From assembly GCA_964440495.1 (NCBI GenBank), contig CAYTSD010000001.1, positions 3,104-67,103 on the forward strand: a stretch of DNA of 64,000 nt, in the 5' to 3' direction. Shown here in pieces: positions 57,472 through 64,000 of the stretch (within the stretch, counting starts at the first letter, position 1; every line of letters starts with the position of its first letter). The DNA comes from an uncultured Nitrososphaeria archaeon (lineage in GTDB: Archaea > Thermoproteota > Nitrososphaeria_A > Caldarchaeales > Wolframiiraptoraceae). The position numbers and the translations under genes are program-made. The notes under the pieces were generated by a model. That model saw only the letters and a list, made by a program, of their open reading frames with translations. It ran no database searches and had not been told where the DNA came from.

Positions 57472-58833
57472 GTGTCTGAAAGGCTTCTGGTGAGGGGGAG
57501 CATTGTCGTAACGATGGACGATGAGAGGAGGGTTTTCAGGGACGGTGCGGTGGCTGTTCAGGAAGACGAGATAGTGGCCGTTGGGAAGAGAGCCGACGTT
57601 GAGAGAGGATTCGAGGCAGAGGAGGTAATAGATATTCCGAGGTCAATAGTCTTACCTGGAATAATCTGCGCCCACACCCATCTCTATGGAATAGCTTTGC
57701 GTGGAGCATCTTTAGGGATAAAGCCTCCGACAGACTTTGCTCAAATACTTCAACGTGTCTGGTGGCCTGTTGACGAGAAACTCACAAACGAAGATGCCTA
57801 TGCAACGGCTCTTGCAGCAAGCATAGAGTTTCTGCTTAACGGAGTGACAGCCTTCGCCGACACATACTCTGCTCCAAACAGTATTGAGGGGTCGCTGGAC
57901 GAGATAGCGAAGGCGGTAAACGAGGTTGGAATAAGGGGAATATTGTCCTATGAAGCTACTGAGAGGAGAAGCCGTGAGGAGGGGCTTCGTGGGCTTAGGG
58001 AGAATGAACGGTTCCTCAAACACGGGGTCAGGGGAAGAGCTGCTGGGATGATAAGTCTCCACGCATCCTTCACGGTCACCGACGAACTAATAGCAAAAGC
58101 ATTAGAACTCCAAAGAGAGACTGGAGCAATCATAACAATACATGTCTCAGAAGGTTTGGTCGACCTATACCACAACCTCGAACGCTATGGAAAGAGGACT
58201 GTTGAGAGGCTTAGAGATGTTGGACTGCTCTCCCCGAAGGCTGTTCTCGCACACTGCGTCCAACTAGACGATAAAGAGGTCAACATGCTTGCAGATACGG
58301 GGACGTGGGTGGCGCATAACGCTATGAGCAACATGCTTAACGCCGTCGGGGCGGCTCCCATACCTGAAATGCTCTCTAAGGGTGTAGGCGTAGCCTTGGG
58401 GAATGATGGATACATCTTCGACATGTTCGAGAACATTCGGGCGACATATCTCCTCCACCGCCTCGCTAAGAGAAATCCCAACATAATCTCAGGTAGAAAA
58501 GTCTTGGAGATGGCTACGGTGGATGCTGCGAGAGCCTATGGACTGAGGAGGCTTGGCTCCCTTAAACCTGGGAACAAGGCCGACCTGATAGTTGTCAGAC
58601 CCTCCCTCACACCGACACCCTACACAGGAGACATCTATAGCTGGATAGTGAACGGAGTTAGGGGAGGAGACGTCAAGCTGGTCATGGTTGACGGAGAGAT
58701 TGTAGCACGTGAAGGGAAGCCGACAAGGATAGAGCTTGAGAAAGCCGAGGAAAAAATCTTGAAGACGCATGAAAAACTCTGGGACAGGCTCAAAACAATC
58801 AGTGAGGCCGTCGAGCCTCTCCGATTCAGCTAA
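57472..58833 (+). CDS. Amidohydrolase, SsnA/chlorohydrolase-like (nucleobase deaminase family)
   Basis: Metal-binding CAHTHL and later HxH/D motifs of the amidohydrolase superfamily. Length is 453 aa. Confidence 0.75.
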   Translation: MSERLLVRGSIVVTMDDERRVFRDGAVAVQEDEIVAVGKRADVERGFEAEEVIDIPRSIVLPGIICAHTHLYGIALRGASLGIKPPTDFAQILQRVWWPVDEKLTNEDAYATALAASIEFLLNGVTAFADTYSAPNSIEGSLDEIAKAVNEVGIRGILSYEATERRSREEGLRGLRENERFLKHGVRGRAAGMISLHASFTVTDELIAKALELQRETGAIITIHVSEGLVDLYHNLERYGKRTVERLRDVGLLSPKAVLAHCVQLDDKEVNMLADTGTWVAHNAMSNMLNAVGAAPIPEMLSKGVGVALGNDGYIFDMFENIRATYLLHRLAKRNPNIISGRKVLEMATVDAARAYGLRRLGSLKPGNKADLIVVRPSLTPTPYTGDIYSWIVNGVRGGDVKLVMVDGEIVAREGKPTRIELEKAEEKILKTHEKLWDRLKTISEAVEPLRFS

Positions 58834-58860
58834 AAGCCATTTAGCGATGTCTCCAAACTG

Positions 58861-60276
58861 TTGTTGGTGAAAAAAGGGTTGACGAGCATACTCGTTGAGG
58901 CACCCTACCTAATCCCTATGGACGGTAGGAGAATAGTCAAGGATGCGGCAGTCTATGTCGAGGGAGACCGGATAGTGGCCGTAGGCAGTGTGAAGGAGGT
59001 TAGAAGAGGAGTCTCTAGACCTGAACACCGTATCCAAGTCGAGAAGGGCGTCATCCTACCTGGACTGATAAACCTCCACGTCCACCTAGCCCAAGCCCTC
59101 CTCAGAGGCGTAGTCCCAGACAACCTCAAACTAATTCCATGGCTTAGAGACTGGGTCTGGCCCCTGCAGGGGGTTTACGATGAAGAGGATGGAAGGGTGA
59201 GCGCCGAGCTATGCATAATGGAGATGCTGCGAGGTGGGACGACGGCTTTCCTCGAGTCGTTGCTCCATCAACGCTACGGCTTCAACGGGATAGCCGAAGC
59301 TGTAAGAGACTCCGGGATACGTGGATACCTCTCCAAGTCAGTGATGGATCAACCTGGATACGCCACCGAGCAGGGGATAATGCACCCGGGGATGATTGAG
59401 GATGAGAGCTCCCTAGAGGTCTTCAAGGCCATGCACTCTAGATGGGATGGAGCCGCCGACGGGAGGATAAGGGTGTGGATAGGGTTGAGGACCCCTGGAG
59501 CATGCAGCGACAACCTCTATAGGGAGGCGGCTTCCCTCGCACAAGAACTCGGCTCAGGGATAACGATGCACCTCGCAGAGGTTAGGGAAGACCTAGAATA
59601 CTTCAAGTCCCGTGGAACAACTCCAGCCGGATTCCTCAGAAGCCTCGGCCTCCTAGGTAGAAGGAGAGTCTATGCTCACTGCGTCTGGCTAGGTGAAGAA
59701 GATATGCGGATGCTGGCTAGCTCAGGCTCCTCCGTCGCCCACTGCCCCTCAAGCAACCTGAAGCTCGGCTCAGGGATAGCGCCGACACCGGAGATGAGGA
59801 GAATTGGCGTAAACGTTGGTTTGGGAACCGATGGAGGGCCAAGCAACGATACCTACGACATGTTCAGGGAGATTAGGTTGGCTGCTCTCCTCCAGAAGGG
59901 TAGAACCTTGAAGCCGGAGTCCTTCAGCGCCTGGGACGCCCTTGAGATGGCTACGGTTGAAGGTGCGAGAGCTTTGGGAGTCGAGGAGGAGATAGGCGCC
60001 CTGAAACCTGGGATGAAGGCAGACCTGATAACCCTATCATTCAACCGCTCAGGCCTCCATCCTCTCTCAGACCCAGTCTCACTCCTCGTATACTCTTCAA
60101 CAGGACTCGACGTAAGAGACGTGATAGTCGATGGGAGACTCGTGGTGGAGGATGGGAAGGTTCTATGGATAGATGAGGAGAAGGTGATGGAGAAGGCTCA
60201 GCGTAGATTCCTCAAGGTCTTGGAGAAGTCTGGAAAGCTAAGAGAGGTTGAGGAGAGATGGCTAAGACGGCGCTGA
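58861..60276 (+). CDS. Amidohydrolase, MtaD/guanine-cytosine deaminase-like
   Basis: INLHVHL, HCPSSN and GTDGG motifs. Length is 471 aa. Confidence 0.75.
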   Translation: MLVKKGLTSILVEAPYLIPMDGRRIVKDAAVYVEGDRIVAVGSVKEVRRGVSRPEHRIQVEKGVILPGLINLHVHLAQALLRGVVPDNLKLIPWLRDWVWPLQGVYDEEDGRVSAELCIMEMLRGGTTAFLESLLHQRYGFNGIAEAVRDSGIRGYLSKSVMDQPGYATEQGIMHPGMIEDESSLEVFKAMHSRWDGAADGRIRVWIGLRTPGACSDNLYREAASLAQELGSGITMHLAEVREDLEYFKSRGTTPAGFLRSLGLLGRRRVYAHCVWLGEEDMRMLASSGSSVAHCPSSNLKLGSGIAPTPEMRRIGVNVGLGTDGGPSNDTYDMFREIRLAALLQKGRTLKPESFSAWDALEMATVEGARALGVEEEIGALKPGMKADLITLSFNRSGLHPLSDPVSLLVYSSTGLDVRDVIVDGRLVVEDGKVLWIDEEKVMEKAQRRFLKVLEKSGKLREVEERWLRRR

Positions 60277-60884
60277 TTCTCCCAGCTGCTGGAAAATCAA
60301 CACGCTTCGAGGGAAACAAGCTTCTAGCAAGGCTCAACGATGAAACCCTCATAGAACGTGTCGTCAGAACAGCCCTCAACTCTAAGACCAACCTAGTCAT
60401 CCTAGTAACAGGATTCGAAGCCGATAAGATTCGGGGAGCCTTAAGCAGGATTAGGGATACTCGGCTGCGGATAATCTATAACCCAGACTATGAGCTTGGT
60501 CTGAGTTTTTCTGTTAAAGCTGGTGTAAGAGCTGCGGCGGAGTGGGGGGCGGACGCCTACATAATTCTACCAGCAGACGTGGCGTTCATAGAGTCCCGAG
60601 ACATAGATAGGGTGATTGAGAAGTATCTGGAGACGGGTGCGGAGATTGTCGTGGCCTCCCATAGAGGCAGGCATGGTCACCCAATACTCTTCTCCAGCAA
60701 ACTACTCGGAGAGCTTCTACAGATAGGTGAGGAGACCCGTGGATTGAAGGCCGTGGTTGAGAGGCATCGAGGCTCAGCCGTAGCCGTGGAGGGAAGCATC
60801 TTCACCGTGAGAGACATAGACACGAGAAGAGACTTGGAGGAATGTCTCAGACTATTGAGAGATGCCTCAGCTTCCCGCCTCTGA
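60258..60884 (+). CDS. MobA-like NTP transferase (molybdenum cofactor cytidylyl/guanylyltransferase, MocA-like)
   Basis: ALILPAAGKSTRF nucleotide-binding motif. Length is 208 aa. It overlaps the upstream amidohydrolase by 19 nt. Confidence 0.75.
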   Translation: MAKTALILPAAGKSTRFEGNKLLARLNDETLIERVVRTALNSKTNLVILVTGFEADKIRGALSRIRDTRLRIIYNPDYELGLSFSVKAGVRAAAEWGADAYIILPADVAFIESRDIDRVIEKYLETGAEIVVASHRGRHGHPILFSSKLLGELLQIGEETRGLKAVVERHRGSAVAVEGSIFTVRDIDTRRDLEECLRLLRDASASRL

Positions 60885-61662
60885 GCACGCTTATCAACTC
60901 GGCCACGGCCGCCACCGCTATCTCCTCGGGAGAATCAGCTCCGATATCCAGTCCGAGAGGCATGTAGAGTCTTCCTCTAAGCTCCTCCTCACGGTATCCA
61001 CGCTCCCTAAGCCTTCTCAAGAACTCCTGACACTTTCTCCGACTCCCTAGGAGGCCTATGTAGCGTACAGGGGTCTCAAGGGCTTTGAGGAGAGCTCTGT
61101 AATCCTCCTCAACCCCGCCGTAGACTATGACGAGTAGGTCTCCCTCTCTGGGACCAAGTTTCTCGACACCCCTCTCAGGTTCATCGACAACTATCTTCTC
61201 AGCCATGGGAAATCTTTCACGATTAGCGTGGCTTTCATCTCTGTCTGTCACAGCTATCCTGAATCCGACCTCGGAGGCGACTCTAGCTATTGACTGGGCT
61301 AGGTGGCCGGCGCCGACGATTAGGAGCCTCGGAGCAGGTTTAAGCACGTCTATAAACACCTCGGTCTCTCCACCGCATATCAGCCCGGTCTTCTCAGCCT
61401 CTCTCGAGGCCTCCTCCCTAAATGCGTAGCGCTTAGCCCTAGACCTGCCCTCCCGGAGAGCTCTCAAAGCCTCCTCAACAATCATGCGCTCGAACACTCC
61501 CCCGCCGAGCGTCCCAACAACCGAGCCATCGACCCTGACAACCATCCTCGCCCCAACATCCCTTGGAGCAGACCCAATCTTTTTTGTGACGATGACTAAG
61601 GCTACCGGGTTCCCCTTCTCAAGCTCCTCCACAGCCGCCCTAAGCTCCCTCAGATAACTCAT
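60847..61662 (-). CDS. XdhC/CoxI-family molybdenum cofactor insertion/maturation protein
   Basis: N-terminal XdhC domain and a C-terminal Rossmann-like LLIVGAGHLAQ. Confidence 0.8.
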   Translation of the reverse strand: MSYLRELRAAVEELEKGNPVALVIVTKKIGSAPRDVGARMVVRVDGSVVGTLGGGVFERMIVEEALRALREGRSRAKRYAFREEASREAEKTGLICGGETEVFIDVLKPAPRLLIVGAGHLAQSIARVASEVGFRIAVTDRDESHANRERFPMAEKIVVDEPERGVEKLGPREGDLLVIVYGGVEEDYRALLKALETPVRYIGLLGSRRKCQEFLRRLRERGYREEELRGRLYMPLGLDIGADSPEEIAVAAVAELISVLRGGKLRHLSIV

Positions 61663-61744
61663 TCAAGGAAGAATCAAACTAAACCCGCTATTATTAGTTA
61701 TGGGGAATTTGTTAAATATGTCTGCATCCATCTAGGCTGGAAGA

Positions 61745-62224
61745 ATGCTTGAGAAGAGATATAGGTTCAACCTTAACGGAGAGTGGGTTGAGGTTGAGGC
61801 GCCTCCAGCCGCAACACTCCTCGAAGTCCTCAGAGACAAATTTCATTTAACTGGAGTGAAGGAGGGATGCGGGAAAGGAGACTGCGGCGCATGCACGGTT
61901 CTTCTCAACGGAAAACCCGTTCACTCATGTCTCACGATAATGGAGCAGGTTCAGGGAGCTGAGATAACAACGGTTGAAGGGCTTTCACGCGGAGGAAAAC
62001 TAGACCCAATCCAGCAAGCTTTCATAGAAGAAGGAGCAATCCAATGCGGATTCTGCACGCCTGGAATGCTTATAGTGGCTAAAGCCCTCTTGATGAGAAA
62101 CCCTAACCCAACAATAGAGGATGTACGTGAAGCTCTAGGTGGAACACTATGTAGATGCACGGGATACGTGAAGCTTGTGAAGGCCATCCTCAAAGCAGCG
62201 GAGCTGATGGGTGAAAGAAGATGA
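61745..62224 (+). CDS. Xanthine-dehydrogenase-family [2Fe-2S] small subunit
   Basis: A plant-type CGKGDCGACT cluster and a second CGFCTPG...CRCTGY cluster. Length is 159 aa. Confidence 0.9.
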   Translation: MLEKRYRFNLNGEWVEVEAPPAATLLEVLRDKFHLTGVKEGCGKGDCGACTVLLNGKPVHSCLTIMEQVQGAEITTVEGLSRGGKLDPIQQAFIEEGAIQCGFCTPGMLIVAKALLMRNPNPTIEDVREALGGTLCRCTGYVKLVKAILKAAELMGERR

Positions 62225-63108
62225 CATACTACTCCACTCTTCATAAAATCGTTGTCCACAGCCCGGGAAGCCTCGAGGAGGCATTAAGAATACTTGATGA
62301 GAGGAGAGGCGTAAAAATAGTTGCTGGGGGAACAGACCTACTTGTCCAGATTAGAGGAGGTGTAATCGAAGGCAAGGAGCTCCTCAACATATACGGATTA
62401 GATGAGCTGAGATACATCAAGGTTGACGGCAACAGGCTTAGGGTTGGCGCCCTGACAACATTCTCGGAGATAGCTGAATCGGAGCTAGTTAAGAGATACG
62501 CGTCTATCCTAGCTGAGGCCGCTGGCTCGGTTGGTTCTCCACAGATTAGATTTAAGGGAACGCTTGGAGGAAACATCTGTAATGCTTCTCCTTCAGGAGA
62601 CTCTATCCCAGCCCTCTACGCTCTTGACGCCAGACTCGTTCTCCAAAGCATCAACGGGAGACGCGAGGTTCCTATAGAGAGGTTTTTCAAGGGATACAAG
62701 GTTCTCGATCTACGGGAAAACGAGCTTCTCACAGAGATTAATCTTCCTCTAATGGCCGAAGACGAGGATGGAGTCTTCCTAAAATTCTCCCTAAGACTCG
62801 GCGACGCAATCTCGGTGGTCAACACAGCTATCTGGGTTAAGCGCTCTGGGCCTAACAGGTTCTCCGATGCGAGGGTTGCCTTGGGAGCTGTTGCTCCAAC
62901 AATCGTCAGAGCTAGGAAGTGTGAGGATATAGTTAAGTCAGGTGAACTCGACGAGGATAGGATGTGGGATGCCGCTGAGGCGGTGTTAGAGAGCATCTCC
63001 CCGATAACTGATATTCGGGGTAGCGCGGAGTATCGCCGTGAACTCGCCGTGAACCTCGTCTACAAGGCTCTCTGGGAGCTTACCCACCGCGGGAGGATGA
63101 ACCCATGA
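62221..63108 (+). CDS. Xanthine-dehydrogenase-family FAD-binding medium subunit
   Basis: FAD_binding_5 motif (VAGGTDLLVQ) and CO-dehydrogenase flavoprotein C-terminal domain. Its start overlaps the small-subunit stop. Confidence 0.85.
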   Translation: MTYYSTLHKIVVHSPGSLEEALRILDERRGVKIVAGGTDLLVQIRGGVIEGKELLNIYGLDELRYIKVDGNRLRVGALTTFSEIAESELVKRYASILAEAAGSVGSPQIRFKGTLGGNICNASPSGDSIPALYALDARLVLQSINGRREVPIERFFKGYKVLDLRENELLTEINLPLMAEDEDGVFLKFSLRLGDAISVVNTAIWVKRSGPNRFSDARVALGAVAPTIVRARKCEDIVKSGELDEDRMWDAAEAVLESISPITDIRGSAEYRRELAVNLVYKALWELTHRGRMNP

Positions 63109-64000
63109 GCTATAGATGGGTAGGTAAGCCTCTTCCAAGAACCGACTCTGAGCCGAAGGTTAAGGGAGAGCTGAGATACCCCTCAGACCTATATCTCCCA
63201 GGAATGCTCTGGGCAGCAACCCATAGAAGCAGGTATCCCCACGCCCTGATTAAGCGGATAGACGTCTCCAAGGCTGAGAGCCTTCCAGGAGTCGTCGCGG
63301 TCCTCACCCATAGAGATGTCCCTGGGGAAAACAGGTATGGGTTGTTCGCTAAGGATAGACCTGTCCTAGCGGATGATAAGGTTAGGTTCTATGGGGAGCC
63401 GATAGCGCTAGTTGCCGCCGAGACTAGGGAGGCTGCTGAGGAAGCCGTTAGGCTGATTGAGGTAGAGTATGAGCCTCTACCCGTTGTAAGCGACCCTCTC
63501 AAGGCGATGGAGCCGGATGCGCCGAGGATTCATGAGGAGGGGAACATAGCTAGGAAGACCCGGATTAGGCTCGGGGACGTTGAGTCAGCCTTCAAGAAGG
63601 CGGAGGTAGCCGTCGAGAACACCTACTACACAGGCTCAGTCGCCCACGCCTTCCTCGAGACAGAGGCGGGTATAGCCTACCTAGACGAGAGCGGGAGGGT
63701 CAACATAATCGCTGGAGGGCAGTCAGCCTACAGAAATAGGAGCCAGATATGTGAAGCCCTAGACCTCCCAGAGGAGAGAGTTAGGGTTGTTAACCCGCAT
63801 GTAGGCGGAGCATTCGGCGGAAAAGACGATGCAACAGTCCAGATACATCTCGCCCTCCTAGCCCTGAAGACAAAGCGTCCAGTAAAGCTCGTCTGGAGCC
63901 GGGAGGAGTCGATGATAGCTGGATTCAAGAGGCATCCAGGGATAATCTGGATGAAGACCGCGGCAGACTCTCAGGGAAACCTCCTAGCACATCAGGTCAA
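63105..64000 (+). CDS. Xanthine-dehydrogenase-family molybdopterin-binding large subunit (5' partial; runs off the window)
   Basis: Translated manually from ATG 63105, which overlaps the upstream stop. It contains the conserved GGAFGGK motif and an Ald_Xan_dh_C-like N-terminal region. The frame stays open to 64000. Confidence 0.9.
   Translation, partial: MSYRWVGKPLPRTDSEPKVKGELRYPSDLYLPGMLWAATHRSRYPHALIKRIDVSKAESLPGVVAVLTHRDVPGENRYGLFAKDRPVLADDKVRFYGEPIALVAAETREAAEEAVRLIEVEYEPLPVVSDPLKAMEPDAPRIHEEGNIARKTRIRLGDVESAFKKAEVAVENTYYTGSVAHAFLETEAGIAYLDESGRVNIIAGGQSAYRNRSQICEALDLPEERVRVVNPHVGGAFGGKDDATVQIHLALLALKTKRPVKLVWSREESMIAGFKRHPGIIWMKTAADSQGNLLAHQV

Noticed and set aside
1-64000. CRISPR arrays, transposases, integrases or toxin-antitoxin pairs
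   Set aside because: None was recognisable. There are no regularly spaced repeats and no IS-like ORFs. The only mobile-element-like signal is the 26-bp direct repeat around tRNA-Leu, which is reported as a finding.

Overview
Archaeal chromosomal segment of about 50% GC with hyperthermophile-style codon use. Archaeal hallmarks present: an intron-containing tRNA, Alba, RadB, aEF-1alpha, and frequent GTG/TTG starts. No CRISPR array, transposase or integrase gene is visible anywhere in the window.

**5' third (1-17.7 kb).** This is the conserved archaeal transcription/translation supercluster, in rearranged form: HDAC-like deacetylase, rpoH, unsplit rpoB, an unsplit rpoA (A' and A'' fused into one 1269-aa protein), L30e, NusA, then an inserted PEP synthase and a UPF0146-like gene, S12, an HD-domain protein, S7 on the opposite strand, and EF-1alpha. 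EF-2 is absent.

**Middle (17.7-49 kb).**
- UMP kinase and tRNA-Leu(UAA) with an intron, flanked by a perfect 26-bp direct repeat.
- LLM oxidoreductase, thiolase and HAD hydrolase.
- A tightly coupled seven-gene MoxR/DUF58 operon ending in a PIN-PilT-ATPase-KH protein.
- RadB, glutamate dehydrogenase, a purine PRTase, a MiaB-like methylthiotransferase, a NapH-like polyferredoxin overlapping ThiI, Fe-ADH, an Fno-like F420 reductase and a presenilin/SPP-like protease.
- A long Zn-ribbon Trm112, Alba, a split plus a fused NAD(P)HX repair gene pair, an A24 prepilin peptidase, and a KaiC-like ATPase translationally coupled to a minimal PriS primase.
- Assorted membrane proteins and an SPL-like radical SAM enzyme.

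**3' end (49-64 kb).** A candidate nucleobase/nucleoside utilisation island: a Tat-signal BMP-family substrate-binding protein with a two-domain ABC ATPase and two permeases, a hydantoinase/dihydropyrimidinase, two further amidohydrolases, MocA, XdhC and a three-subunit xanthine-dehydrogenase-family molybdoenzyme. The same stretch also carries an LLM oxidoreductase and a NifX-like gene.

Functional calls rest on motif recognition in the supplied translations and on gene order. No database search was run. The most noteworthy items are the rearranged supercluster with unsplit rpoA, the repeat-flanked tRNA-Leu module, the MoxR/DUF58/PIN-ATPase operon, the KaiC-PriS pair and the archaeal xanthine-dehydrogenase island.
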